Made by a program: the position numbers and the translations under genes | From: Thermoproteota archaeon | GTDB taxonomy: Archaea; Thermoproteota; Thermoprotei; Thermofilales; B9-G17 | Direction of reading: 5' to 3' | Assembly: GCA_029258885.1 (NCBI GenBank) | Contig: JAPDJW010000019.1 | Location: 1 to 64,000, forward strand | DNA length: 64,000 bases | The notes under the pieces: model-generated | Told to the model about the DNA's origin: nothing | The model's input: only the letters and a program-made list of their open reading frames with translations | The model's database searches: none | Shown here: piece after piece, positions 28,985 through 38,995 of the stretch | How positions within the stretch are numbered: position 1 is the first letter of the stretch | Layout: each line of letters starts with the position of its first letter

Positions 28985-29140
28985 ATCTACGTTAATACAA
29001 ACATTTAGTAGTGCGGGAAAATATGGGAGAAATTCTACAGGAGTTTTTACGTGACATACCTCTACGTAACTAAGCCGTAGATTTTCTCTTTCCACCTGAG
29101 TAATCTAAGTATACTATGAGTATATCCGATGCCTCTCCTC
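28974..29140 (+). pseudogene. Degraded VapC/PIN toxin remnant
   Basis: ATG overlaps the antitoxin end. A shifted frame reads IYVNTNI* (IYVDTN-like) and later KYTMSISDA. Confidence 0.45.
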
Positions 29141-29159
29141 AGCTTACGGGTTTTTATAA

Positions 29160-29522
29160 TTACTTCAATATTTGATTGAATTTTTCCTGTGTTAGCTTAT
29201 TTATTGCGAATGCTACGAATACGTCCTTTGGCCTAGGCTTAGGCTCCTTAAATATCTTCTCTACCTTGAACTTTATCTTTAGCGGCCATAGGCATCTTCC
29301 TTCCTCCTTCTCTCTGGGCCATAGGGGTGTTTCATCCCTATATTTCTCGACTACTCTACCGTATCCAAGTATACCCTTCTTGCCTGTCGCGTAGAATACT
29401 ACTACGTCTCCCTCCCGGATTTTATTCCATAGTCCCTTGGCTTTTTCACTTACTCCCCATACACCTTTCTCTAATGCTATTTCCCAGTTTTCGGGTGTTC
29501 CACTTAGGAGCCAGTACTGCAT
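29160..29522 (-). CDS. EVE domain-containing protein
   Basis: MQYWLL...NWE.A...GVWG........IREGDVVVFYAT...GILGYGRV. Confidence 0.88.
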   Translation of the reverse strand: MQYWLLSGTPENWEIALEKGVWGVSEKAKGLWNKIREGDVVVFYATGKKGILGYGRVVEKYRDETPLWPREKEEGRCLWPLKIKFKVEKIFKEPKPRPKDVFVAFAINKLTQEKFNQILK

Positions 29523-29567
29523 CCTCCCACGTTGTTCATATAGTTTTTATCCTTTTATTTTTGGTGT

Positions 29568-30350
29568 TTGAAAACGTTTTATAGTAACTATGCCTCTATT
29601 TTATCTATGCACGATATCCTGCTTTGGCATCTCGATGTACCTGAGGAGCGTAGTTTCCTCGAGTCCATATATATTATAATGCTTATCCGTTTGGCTGAAG
29701 AGAAGCTTAACGTTAAGTATCGTAGGATTTTGGATGTTGCCTGTGGCGTAGGTCGGCATCATAGGTATCTTAGGGAAGCCGGCTTCAAAGTCTATGGTGT
29801 TGATGTCAATCGTAGTTTAATTGAGGAGGCTAGGAGGAGGAATCCTGGGTTTGAGGAGTGCTATGAGGTTGCCGATATGAGGGAGATTAAATATAGAGGC
29901 GAGTTCGACGTGGTCTTGAACTGGTATACATCCTTCGGCTATTTTAGCGATGAGGAGAATAGGCTGGTCTTAAGGAACTTTTATGAGGCCTTGAAGCCAG
30001 GTGGCTTGCTTATAATGGATCTCCCGGCCCGCTGGCACGAGTCCGCTAGTCTCATTGAACACGGCGAGGATTTAGTTGAGGTGATTACAAATAAGAGGAT
30101 TGACGACTATGTTTTCGATTATTGTGGTAGGCTTTATAGGAGGAGGGGTAATGATCTCGTTTATCTAGGTGAGTTGAGGCTTAGGTTGACGGTTTATCCG
30201 CCAGCTGTTCTTAAGGATATGCTGGAGGAGGCTGGCTTCAAGCTTCTCTATGCGTTTTTAAACTATAGTGTTGTTCCAGTTAGAAGCTTTAGGCCCGAGG
30301 AGATACTGGAGAGAAACGTTAGAAGAATTGCCTGGCTGGCCCATAAGTGA
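29568..30350 (+). CDS. Class I SAM-dependent methyltransferase
   Basis: ILDVACGVGRH, GVDVN, ADMR, FDVVLNWYTSFGYFSDEEN, and LKPGG motifs. Confidence 0.9.
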   Translation: MKTFYSNYASILSMHDILLWHLDVPEERSFLESIYIIMLIRLAEEKLNVKYRRILDVACGVGRHHRYLREAGFKVYGVDVNRSLIEEARRRNPGFEECYEVADMREIKYRGEFDVVLNWYTSFGYFSDEENRLVLRNFYEALKPGGLLIMDLPARWHESASLIEHGEDLVEVITNKRIDDYVFDYCGRLYRRRGNDLVYLGELRLRLTVYPPAVLKDMLEEAGFKLLYAFLNYSVVPVRSFRPEEILERNVRRIAWLAHK

Positions 30351-30394
30351 GGTTAAAATACGTCTTCAGCATACTAATATATAGGGATTATTCT

Positions 30395-30955
30395 ATGCCC
30401 ACGCTGGAGGACGTTAAGATTTTAGGCGGTATAGGAGCTTTATGTTCATTGATATCGTTTGTTCCATACGTTGGATGGCTGATATCGATTGCAGGCTTTA
30501 TTCTAGTGCTTATAGCTATCAAGTATCTCTCAGATATATTCCACGAGCCCCAGATCTTTACAAACCTTATCATTGCAATAGCCGCGTATATAGTGGGTAT
30601 AATACTCTTCTTCGTAATCATTGTTGGATCACTATTAAGCTTTATAGCATCTCTGCCCCATGAAAACAGTCCTAACCTTGCTCTACTCCTAGGGATTATC
30701 GTTGCATTCTTAGCATTCTGGGCGGCATGTATCGTTGGAGGAGTATATATTAACCGCGCCTATGGTAGGATGGCGGAGGTAACTGGTGTTGAATTGTTTA
30801 GAACCACGGGTCTAGTCTATCTGATAGGCTCTATCCTAGTGATAATCCTAATAGGCCTGCTGTTTCTGGTGATAGCCAAGATACTCGAAGCTGTATCGTT
30901 CTTCTCAATAAAAGAGGAAGCACCTCCTCCACCGCCGCCACCGCCTGTCTACTAG
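30395..30955 (+). CDS. DUF996-family membrane protein with poly-Pro tail
   Basis: Likely start is ATG 30395 (MPTLEDVKILGGIGA). TGVELFRTTGLVYLIGSIL; ends APPPPPPPPVY. Confidence 0.8.
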   Translation: MPTLEDVKILGGIGALCSLISFVPYVGWLISIAGFILVLIAIKYLSDIFHEPQIFTNLIIAIAAYIVGIILFFVIIVGSLLSFIASLPHENSPNLALLLGIIVAFLAFWAACIVGGVYINRAYGRMAEVTGVELFRTTGLVYLIGSILVIILIGLLFLVIAKILEAVSFFSIKEEAPPPPPPPPVY

Positions 30956-31003
30956 CTAAAACAATATAAATTTAAACGCAAAATGAGTATTAAGAAGTAG
31001 GGC

Positions 31004-31032
31004 AGGGGGGTATCCTGGTAAGGGGGGTATCC
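31004..31032 (+). repeat. Direct repeat 2 x AGGGGGGTATCC (17-bp period) before the start codon
   Basis: Copies at 31004-31015 and 31021-31032; TTG start at 31034. Confidence 0.9.
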
Positions 31033-31033
31033 A

Positions 31034-32143
31034 TTGACATACTTCGATTTAAGGCCTAAATCTCGCTTGGAGGACTTCTATGATAGGAGGAGAGAACTGA
31101 ATGAACTTAGATTAGGCATAGAGCGAAGAGAGCCTCTTATACTCGTCTTAGGTTTAAGAAGATACGGAAAGACTTCGCTTGTTCTAACGTGTATGGAAGA
31201 ATATAGGATACCCTATATTTATGTTAACTGCAGGCTCCTTCCGTCACCATCACCCATTAGTCCAGCAGATTTAGTTCTACTGTTTGCTGATGGTTTATCG
31301 GCGTTTTTAAATAGGAGGAGGAGCTTTTTAGAGAAAATGAGGAATATCTTAGGGAGAATCGAAGGAATTACAATAGTTGGCTTTAATGTTAGGATTAAGG
31401 CAGCGAAAGCTAGCTATGAGACTATTATCGATATATTTAACAGTATTAACATGCTTGGCAAGCATATCGTTGTAGTAGTGGATGAAGCTCAAGAGCTGAG
31501 AAGGCTTGCTAGATATAGGTTTGATTCTCTCCTTGCATACGTTTATGATCATCTGCCTAATGTTACAGTTATACTAACAGGGTCGGAAATAGGCCTGCTC
31601 TATAGGCTTATAAGGAAAGGCGACCCTGAAGCTCCACTTTATGGCAGATTCTACCGCGAGATAAAACTATCTCCTTTAAATTCGGAAAAGTCGAAGGATT
31701 TCCTTATAAAAGGTTTTAAGCAGGAGGGGCTTAATCCGCCTAACTGGTTCATAGATTTAGCTGTCGAAAAGTTGAATGGAGTTATAGGCTGGTTATCCTA
31801 CTTAGGCTATTATACGGCTGTTAAAGGCATATTCACTAGAAAGGTAGTTTACGACGTGTTAACTGAAGCTGGTAGGATAGCATTAAGTGAACTAGAAAAT
31901 TTTCTCAAACTGAGGCCTCTTGCAAGGAAAAGATATATTGCAATCCTTAAAGGCATAGCTCAGCTGGGTGAAGCTTCATGGAGCAGAATATACAGATTGG
32001 CAGAGGCTGAGGCTGGCAGAATACCTAAGCCCACCTTTAATGAAATGTTGCATAACCTTCTCGATGCGAGTTTTATACAGAAGAAAAATAGTGTATATCG
32101 GATCGCTGATCCAGTATTGCGATATGCCCTTATAAACCTATAA
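31034..32143 (+). CDS. Archaeal ATPase (ATPase_2/AAA) with C-terminal wHTH, paralog of 25459
   Basis: YFDLRPKSRLEDFYDRRREL, GLRRYGKTS, VDEAQEL, TGSEIGLL, and YRIADP. Confidence 0.9.
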   Translation: MTYFDLRPKSRLEDFYDRRRELNELRLGIERREPLILVLGLRRYGKTSLVLTCMEEYRIPYIYVNCRLLPSPSPISPADLVLLFADGLSAFLNRRRSFLEKMRNILGRIEGITIVGFNVRIKAAKASYETIIDIFNSINMLGKHIVVVVDEAQELRRLARYRFDSLLAYVYDHLPNVTVILTGSEIGLLYRLIRKGDPEAPLYGRFYREIKLSPLNSEKSKDFLIKGFKQEGLNPPNWFIDLAVEKLNGVIGWLSYLGYYTAVKGIFTRKVVYDVLTEAGRIALSELENFLKLRPLARKRYIAILKGIAQLGEASWSRIYRLAEAEAGRIPKPTFNEMLHNLLDASFIQKKNSVYRIADPVLRYALINL

Positions 32144-32262
32144 TGATCCACCTAAACTTTAACCTAAATTCTCTTAATGGTCTGTAAATGGAGTAGCTTA
32201 TTGGTGCTTCTTTGCTTCAACATAATCGGATGTATTATCCTTTCTAGTGGATGGTTTAATCG

Positions 32263-33447
32263 TTAAGGTATTGGTATTTCCTTAGGTATTACGATCGGCG
32301 ATTTTCCTATGCATATTTTCGCTAGGAATGGTGATGCAATGACGCTTATTACTGCTAGGAGTATGAATGTCGAGTATGTTTCCGGTCCTATGATACCCGT
32401 TGCAACCCCGAGTTCGGCTGCCGCTATTATCAGGCTTAACCTAGCGTTCATTGCAAAGCCCATTGAAAGGCTCTCGTATTTATTGAATCCCAGTATTTTG
32501 GCTGGTATTGATGTACCCAGTATTTTGCCCATGAATCCCGCCGCTAGCAATGCTATAAGTAGCTCGAGCTCTCCTACTCCGCTTATTAGGTATTTCAGGT
32601 TTGTACGTATCCCTACCGTGATGAAGAACGTTGGTATAAAGAATCCGTAGCCGAAGCTTAGCAGCTTCTCGAGTAAACCCTCAACTTTATCCTCCAGCTC
32701 TGATATTAATAGTCCCGCGAAGAATGATCCGATTATTGCATGTATCCCTACGTATTCAGCGAATACTGAGAGGCCAAAAATCGTTGTTAGGCTGAGCTTT
32801 ACGTCCAGGTGATGGCTTTCTAGGGATTTTACAATTCTCGTCCTCAAAGATTTACATGCCTTAACCAGCTCGGCTGCAGCTATGAGAGCTAGGAGCAGGA
32901 TCATTATGAGGAATACCTTATCTAGTGTTAGGTAGGTCTGTTCTACAATGTACATTAGGGCGAACATGCTTATTATATCCACTAGTATTGCTGCTCCAAG
33001 TATTACCTGAGCAACTTCCTTCTTCGAGGAGAACTCCTTGACTGTTGGCAGTATTACTCCCATCGAGGTGGTTGATAAAGCTAACCCTATGAAACTTGGA
33101 GATATGTTGAAGTATACTCCTATTAGATAGCCGAGGGCGAATGGGGTAAGGAATGAGCCCAGCGATATAGCCACTACCTTGAATAAGCTTTCCTTAACAT
33201 ATGATAGCTCTACCTCAAGTCCTACTATAAACATTAGGTAGATGAAGCCTATCATTGACATAAAGAGTAGCCAAGCCGATTCATGTAATAGATTGAGGAA
33301 GCTTGGACCAATTACTATTCCTATAATTATTTCAGCTACAACGACAGGTACTCTAAGGAACCTGGCTATAACTGGGGAAATTAGTATCATTAGTAGCAGT
33401 ATGAATACTTCCTGCAGAATAGTTTCCATAGCGGTATAATGAAACAC
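32263..33447 (-). CDS. Cation:proton antiporter (CPA2/KefB-like)
   Basis: About 12 TM segments; FIVGLE, LSTTSMGV, ILVDII, IGSFFAG, and NARLSL. Confidence 0.9.
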   Translation of the reverse strand: MFHYTAMETILQEVFILLLMILISPVIARFLRVPVVVAEIIIGIVIGPSFLNLLHESAWLLFMSMIGFIYLMFIVGLEVELSYVKESLFKVVAISLGSFLTPFALGYLIGVYFNISPSFIGLALSTTSMGVILPTVKEFSSKKEVAQVILGAAILVDIISMFALMYIVEQTYLTLDKVFLIMILLLALIAAAELVKACKSLRTRIVKSLESHHLDVKLSLTTIFGLSVFAEYVGIHAIIGSFFAGLLISELEDKVEGLLEKLLSFGYGFFIPTFFITVGIRTNLKYLISGVGELELLIALLAAGFMGKILGTSIPAKILGFNKYESLSMGFAMNARLSLIIAAAELGVATGIIGPETYSTFILLAVISVIASPFLAKICIGKSPIVIPKEIPIP

Positions 33448-33722
33448 TACGTATTAAATGTTGTGATAAACCATATTTTCCTAAAAATCAAGCCTCTCCT
33501 TGATGGCCATTCCTAATATTATTATTAAATGATTATATTATCAGTTTCTTCAGGTGTTTACTGCGGTATCAACCTTGGAACGCTTGGATTGGAGAGTTAT
33601 TACCAATGCTTAATGAACTATTTCCCTATAGGGAATTGTGGATGGAGACGGAACACATGTTTATGCCTAACATATAGCTTAAATTAAAACTATGCTTTAT
33701 AACCAGGAACTTTATTTTTATA

Positions 33723-34049
33723 TTGATGACTCTAACAGCGCTTCAGCTTTGGCTATTGACTGTAATTATTTCAATAGCTTTTTCCCTAAGCTACTATAGC
33801 TACCTAGCGCTGAAGAGAAGGTTCGACAGCGTATATGGGGAGAGGTTCCTGGTTAAGAGGGCTATACACGGGATAGTTTATATCCTGTTCCTTGTGCTGG
33901 CGAACGAGGCCATTAGGATCAAGGTGGCTTACGGAGAATACAGTTTGGCGCTGGAGTTTCTCCTCTACCTGCTCTTGGGCTCAATAGGTGTGCCCATCTT
34001 CATAGATATTATTTTAAGCATGTATAAGGTGCTTCATAGGGGGAGGTAG
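33723..34049 (+). CDS. Small membrane protein (3 TM)
   Basis: Hydrophobic 108-aa ORF 4 bp upstream of the permease. Confidence 0.7.
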   Translation: MMTLTALQLWLLTVIISIAFSLSYYSYLALKRRFDSVYGERFLVKRAIHGIVYILFLVLANEAIRIKVAYGEYSLALEFLLYLLLGSIGVPIFIDIILSMYKVLHRGR

Positions 34050-34053
34050 AGCC

Positions 34054-35337
34054 TTGGAACCGCAGACGACGTTCTCCATCATATTCGTGGCTATAATCCT
34101 CCTGTTAATGGCTGAGATAGAGCATAGAGCACTCGTGGCTATGCTTGCAGCATCACTATCCGTATACTTCGGCGTAGCATACGGCCTATTCGGCTTCCAC
34201 GACGTACTGGAGATGCTCAACTTCGACGTTGTACTATTCATTACCTCAGTACTAATACTCTTCGAGTCGATAAGCAGGTCCGGCCTCTTCGACTTCATAG
34301 GACTATATATGGCGCGTAAAATAGGCCGTAGGCCGTTTCTAATAGCGTTAATGCTTGTGCTCCTCACGACGATATTCTCGGGAATCTCTGCTAACATAAT
34401 GGTGGTTCTACTTATAGGTGGAATAACGCTGAGGCTTGCCAAGGCACTAGGTTTCGACGGCAGGAAGGTAATACTCCTGGAGTGTATACAGACGGATATA
34501 GGCGGCATACTGTTGCCGATAAGCTCGATTCCAGCGCTAATAATAGTATCGAAGACGGGGATGGATTTCATGAAATATGTTCAGGTGTCGTTGCCTCTCG
34601 TCGTCATCTTAACACTTCTGGCGCTGGCATATATGCCCTTCCTAAGGATCACCGGAGGAGAATCAGCGGAAGAAGTTGAGATAGATGATCCGTGGAAGGC
34701 TGTTCAGAATCCAACAGCGCTCTATAGGGCACTGGTGATATTCATACTATTCCTTCTAGCAATAATATTCTATGATAAGATAGGGCTAACGCCGGCTTAC
34801 ATAGCATTCTTTTTCGCCACTATAACCTTTATGCTGAGCGGAATAGATCCGGATGAAATATTCAGGCACGTGGACTGGAGCATACCCTTCTTCGTCGGCG
34901 GCTTTTTCGTGTTTATAGGCGGCTTAGAGAAGAGCGGGGTGCTGGAGAACATAGCGCACAATATCGCGCCCCTAATACTAAACATGAACGTACTGGTGGG
35001 CGCCCCCCTCCTGTTGCTAATATGCGCGCTCGTGTCGGCGGTCATAGACAATATACCCGTAGTGCTACTGCTATACCCTATAGTTAGAGACATAACGTTG
35101 AAGGCGGGCATAAGCCCATACCCGTTCTACTGGGCCTTAATCATAGGAGGAAATCTGGGAGGAAGGTTAACCACCTTTGGGTCGCCAGCGGTATTGACGG
35201 GGATAAGGATGCTTGAACGCAGAGGAGTAAAGGTTTCGATAGGCGAATACCTTAAATTTGGGCTACCTGTGGCACTAAGTCAGCTGGCCCTTGGAATGAT
35301 CTATTTAAGCATACTGACGATGTATGGATTAATTTAA
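34054..35337 (+). CDS. ArsB/NhaD/SLC13-family (IT superfamily) permease
   Basis: SAVIDNIPVV, GGNLGGRLTTFGSPA, and DWSIPFFVGGFFV. Confidence 0.88.
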   Translation: MEPQTTFSIIFVAIILLLMAEIEHRALVAMLAASLSVYFGVAYGLFGFHDVLEMLNFDVVLFITSVLILFESISRSGLFDFIGLYMARKIGRRPFLIALMLVLLTTIFSGISANIMVVLLIGGITLRLAKALGFDGRKVILLECIQTDIGGILLPISSIPALIIVSKTGMDFMKYVQVSLPLVVILTLLALAYMPFLRITGGESAEEVEIDDPWKAVQNPTALYRALVIFILFLLAIIFYDKIGLTPAYIAFFFATITFMLSGIDPDEIFRHVDWSIPFFVGGFFVFIGGLEKSGVLENIAHNIAPLILNMNVLVGAPLLLLICALVSAVIDNIPVVLLLYPIVRDITLKAGISPYPFYWALIIGGNLGGRLTTFGSPAVLTGIRMLERRGVKVSIGEYLKFGLPVALSQLALGMIYLSILTMYGLI

Positions 35338-35411
35338 GGGTATTTATGGGGTGCCTGGCTCAGCGGAATATTTTATAATAGTAAAGGTATATCATAAGTA
35401 GGTGGGATTAA

Positions 35412-36257
35412 ATGCAGGATATATTTTTACGTCTACTCAATGAGCTCGTTCAGATGATCATAGACTTACTGCCAAGCCTAATATTATCGATAATAATACT
35501 TGTAGTGGGATATCTTGTCGGTAAGATAACCGGCAAAGCCGTGGAGGGCGCTGTGAAGCTGATAAAGGGCGATGAAAGCTTCAGGAGTTCTGAATTAGGT
35601 AGAAGGCTGACCGAGTCTGGCTACCCGATCTCTAGAATACTTTCAATACTGGCTAGAGGCACTATATACGTGCTAACGATAACGGCTGCAATATCGGTGT
35701 TAAACATTCCAGCGCTGCAGGAATTCAGTACAACTATAGCAAACTATTTGCCAAGGCTTGTTGGTGCGGTAGTTATCTTTCTATTTGGAGCTATGTTAAT
35801 AGAGTGGTTAGCCGGATTTACCGAGGGGCTGTTAAGAGGAGGAGTACTGCCCGAGAAACTTGTGGGAATGTTCACTACAGGCATTAAATACATATTCTAC
35901 ATAGTCTTAGCCTTCATGATGTTTGAAATAGCCGATATAGCTCCTCAGGTCGTATCCTCAGTCGCCTTAGCTATATTTTCGATGATAGGTATAGGTGCGG
36001 GCTTAGCATTTGCTCTACTGGTTGGATTGGGATTAAGAGAGGAGGCGCCAATAATATTATTCGATGAGCCGAAGGAATTGAAGCCGGGAATAACTATAGA
36101 AGTCAACGGCTTAGTAGGAAAAATCAGAAAAATATCAACTTTGCTAATAGAGCTGGAAACAGAAGATGGCTTGCAGGTAATACCTAAGAGACTATTAATT
36201 AAAAATGGATACAAGATAATAAAGAATAGTCTGCATGATAAGCATGCTAGAGAATGA
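35412..36257 (+). CDS. MscS-type mechanosensitive channel, TM-helix-repeat family
   Basis: YLPRLVGAVVI repeat, ALLVGLG, and C-terminal G.TIEVNG..G.I..I....ELET. Confidence 0.8.
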   Translation: MQDIFLRLLNELVQMIIDLLPSLILSIIILVVGYLVGKITGKAVEGAVKLIKGDESFRSSELGRRLTESGYPISRILSILARGTIYVLTITAAISVLNIPALQEFSTTIANYLPRLVGAVVIFLFGAMLIEWLAGFTEGLLRGGVLPEKLVGMFTTGIKYIFYIVLAFMMFEIADIAPQVVSSVALAIFSMIGIGAGLAFALLVGLGLREEAPIILFDEPKELKPGITIEVNGLVGKIRKISTLLIELETEDGLQVIPKRLLIKNGYKIIKNSLHDKHARE

Positions 36258-36407
36258 TTCTATTTTTACTCTAAACCCAGCGCCTTTACCTAAATTTTCA
36301 TGCCGCTAGCTATGTCACGTATCCAATTAAGCCTATCTTCGATTGCACGATTTTAGCTTAGTTTCGTGGTTGTTGAAAAAGAGGGAAACTATTGGAAATT
36401 AAAGAGG

Positions 36408-37445
36408 CTAGAATGTGTATGGAATTCTTTTAAGTGTTCTCTCGATATTTTCAAGCAACTCGCTAGTAACCTTTATTCCGGTGTGCCTATACGAGATTAT
36501 TAGCGCTCCGACAACTTGAGGGAATCTAGGCTTCACTACAACAACATTCTTAAATTTCTCATAAAGATAGTTCTTAAAGGGGTCAAGTATTAAGTCTTCA
36601 ACCTCAAATACCTTGCCTACAACTGCAACCTTTATCTCCTCCAAAACTTCATCTAAATAAAGTCGCTTAATTACAGCCTCAGCCATCTCGGCGAGCGATA
36701 TAGCTGCTCTTTTGAGTATATGTCTAGCAACATGATCGCCCTCGATAGCGGCTTTAATTACGAGATCGGCGAGGGAGGAGATCCTTCCTAAATCCAGCTT
36801 CTTTTCTATATAGGCTAACCTTATCAAATCCTCCACGTTTTCAATGCCTAATTCTTTAACTATCAGCTCAGTCAACCTAGTGCTTTCACCTCTTCCATCG
36901 TACTCCCTTAGCGCAGCCCTAATAGCTTGCAGACCTATATCATAGCTACTCCCCTCATCTCCTAGCAGGTAGCCCCATCCACCACACCTAATATATCTAC
37001 CTGCTGAATCCATACCAGCAGCTATCGATCCAGTTCTGGATATGACAACGATTCCCGGCTCACCTGCAAGAGCACCTGCTAGGGCTATTTCACTATTATC
37101 CCTTAGAATAACCGTCTTGGCTGGTAGCCTGTATTTAAGCTGAGAAGAGATAAGCTCAATATCGTACCTAGTATCTAGACCCGCTAAACCCAGAGTTAGG
37201 CAGTTAATTTGCTTAAATCCAAGCCTAGACCTTATCATGGCGTCAAGTATGCTACTTCTAATAGCATTTACTGCCGCACTAATGCCGACAAAGTGATGGT
37301 TTGATGGACCTGCTATTCCATATCCCAGTATCTCTCCTTTCTCATTACTTATCAAAGCTAGAGTTCCTGAATAGTTTCCGATTAATCCCCCGAGGTACAT
37401 TTCTCCGCTCTTCTCTACAATATCCTTTTTACTCATTAACCTCAC
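36408..37445 (-). CDS. BadF/BadG/BcrA/BcrD (GlcNAc/MurNAc kinase-like) protein with degenerate phosphate loops
   Basis: AGPSN, GLAGLD, CGGWGYLLGDEGS.Y.IG, and GDHVA..IL conserved. YLGGLIGNYSGT replaces xGxDGGGT(K)T; ISRTGS replaces IAGTGS. Confidence 0.85.
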   Translation of the reverse strand: MRLMSKKDIVEKSGEMYLGGLIGNYSGTLALISNEKGEILGYGIAGPSNHHFVGISAAVNAIRSSILDAMIRSRLGFKQINCLTLGLAGLDTRYDIELISSQLKYRLPAKTVILRDNSEIALAGALAGEPGIVVISRTGSIAAGMDSAGRYIRCGGWGYLLGDEGSSYDIGLQAIRAALREYDGRGESTRLTELIVKELGIENVEDLIRLAYIEKKLDLGRISSLADLVIKAAIEGDHVARHILKRAAISLAEMAEAVIKRLYLDEVLEEIKVAVVGKVFEVEDLILDPFKNYLYEKFKNVVVVKPRFPQVVGALIISYRHTGIKVTSELLENIERTLKRIPYTF

Positions 37446-37527
37446 CTTTTAACATATAAAAATATACTGTTAGTTAGATAAGTTTCACGGAAATTCATAT
37501 GTTAAGCTCCAATAAAGTATTAGCGTT

Positions 37528-38751
37528 TTACTTCTTCTTTTTAACTTTAATATCTAGAAAGTTGTCTAACGTATAAAATTTCTTTTCCTTAATCAACCTA
37601 TCATTTAGGGGACATTCTTTATCGAGAAGTATTTTAACCATTCTGCTTTTCTCCTGTCTTGCTGGGACATATAGCTCGTCATCGCTCAAGTTAGACAATA
37701 ATCCATGGTCACTTATTATTCGATAAGCTTTTTCGAGATCTTTACCCTTAACAACATAGGCCTTGGGCTCGGCGCCTACATCGTTTAGACATCTATCTAT
37801 CACAAGCCCGTATCTATGCTGTAGCTCCTCCCTCCTCTCGTAGGCGTAGTAGAGCGTGTAGGCTAGAGCTATCATATGTATGTAGACTCTATCGTAGAGG
37901 AGGTAGCTTCCAAGCCCCACTCCCCATGTTTCAACTAGGACTTTAGCGCTGTTCTCGTAGGGTATATGTGTCCCTATGAAAGTTGCCGGCGCAACTACAT
38001 CCTCTCCCTTAGCTTGCCCTACGAAATGCCTCTTCTTTATCGGCCAGTGACCCCATCCTTCGCTCTTGACGCCCCGCTCTATCTCCTCCATAACCTTCCT
38101 CGAGATATCCTTAATGTCCTCATCAATCCAGAAATACGGCGTATCCGTGAAGGTTATCATGAATTCGCCCTCCTTATTCGGCCACTTAGGCGGATACCCG
38201 CCGCCGAAGCAGTATTCATGCATATCCAACACTATATGAGGCTTCACCTTATTCAGCATCCTATGTATTGAGCGCGTCTCCGGCTGTTTAAGGAGCAGCC
38301 AGTCCCTATTTAGATCGTAACCGTTCGAATTAACCCTAGCAATCTCTATAGGGTTATCCCATGAAGGCCTAGGATTCTCCAAATGCTTGGTGTAGTATAG
38401 CTGTGCTCCATCAGGGTTAGCTAGAGGAACTAGGGTAAGACTAACATTCTTCAGCGCTTCTCTAAGGTCTAGGCTTAGGATCCTTCCATCCTTAAGTGCA
38501 AAGTAGGTGAATAGAAGTGCAGCGTTTGTTGGAGCAGGCTCATTTCCGTGCAATCGGCATACTGCTGATACCCTTAAAGCCCCCTCCCCAACTCGTATTG
38601 AATATATATTTCTCCCCTCAATGCTTCCGCCTATGTTTTCAACCCTTGCCCCCATATCGGATAACGTTAAGAGAATATTCTTAACCTCGTCGGCTGAAAC
38701 GATATTGTAGAGTAGCTTTTTAGGAAGCTTTTCAGTCATGTTTACCACCAT
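37528..38751 (-). CDS. M14-family zinc carboxypeptidase
   Basis: LHGNE (HxxE), PLANPDGA, RVNSNGYDLNRD, and LDMHE. Confidence 0.88.
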   Translation of the reverse strand: MVVNMTEKLPKKLLYNIVSADEVKNILLTLSDMGARVENIGGSIEGRNIYSIRVGEGALRVSAVCRLHGNEPAPTNAALLFTYFALKDGRILSLDLREALKNVSLTLVPLANPDGAQLYYTKHLENPRPSWDNPIEIARVNSNGYDLNRDWLLLKQPETRSIHRMLNKVKPHIVLDMHEYCFGGGYPPKWPNKEGEFMITFTDTPYFWIDEDIKDISRKVMEEIERGVKSEGWGHWPIKKRHFVGQAKGEDVVAPATFIGTHIPYENSAKVLVETWGVGLGSYLLYDRVYIHMIALAYTLYYAYERREELQHRYGLVIDRCLNDVGAEPKAYVVKGKDLEKAYRIISDHGLLSNLSDDELYVPARQEKSRMVKILLDKECPLNDRLIKEKKFYTLDNFLDIKVKKKK

Positions 38752-38995
38752 GGCATTAAAATAGTTCTATAAATAAAATGACTTAATATTGTTTTCCTAT
38801 AAAGGACCTATTGATACAAACATATTAATTTAGACTTGAATTCGATGGGGGATCATGGAGTATCAGGGTAATCATTATAGTTGCTCTCTCAAAGCATAAG
38901 CTGTAGCTAAGGATTACTATGCTTATGGGATTTATCGTTAGTAATATTGGTAAATTGTTAAATACGATGTAAAATTCAGAATATCGGTGACATAA

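Noticed and set aside
1-32143. Integrative element or provirus as carrier of the defence island
   Set aside because: No integrase, transposase, att repeat, tRNA or viral structural gene was recognised in the window; boundaries may lie outside it.
35348-35366. GGGGTGCCTGGCTCAGCGG resembling a tRNA 5' end/D-arm
   Set aside because: No anticodon arm, T-arm (GTTCRA) or acceptor-stem partner downstream.
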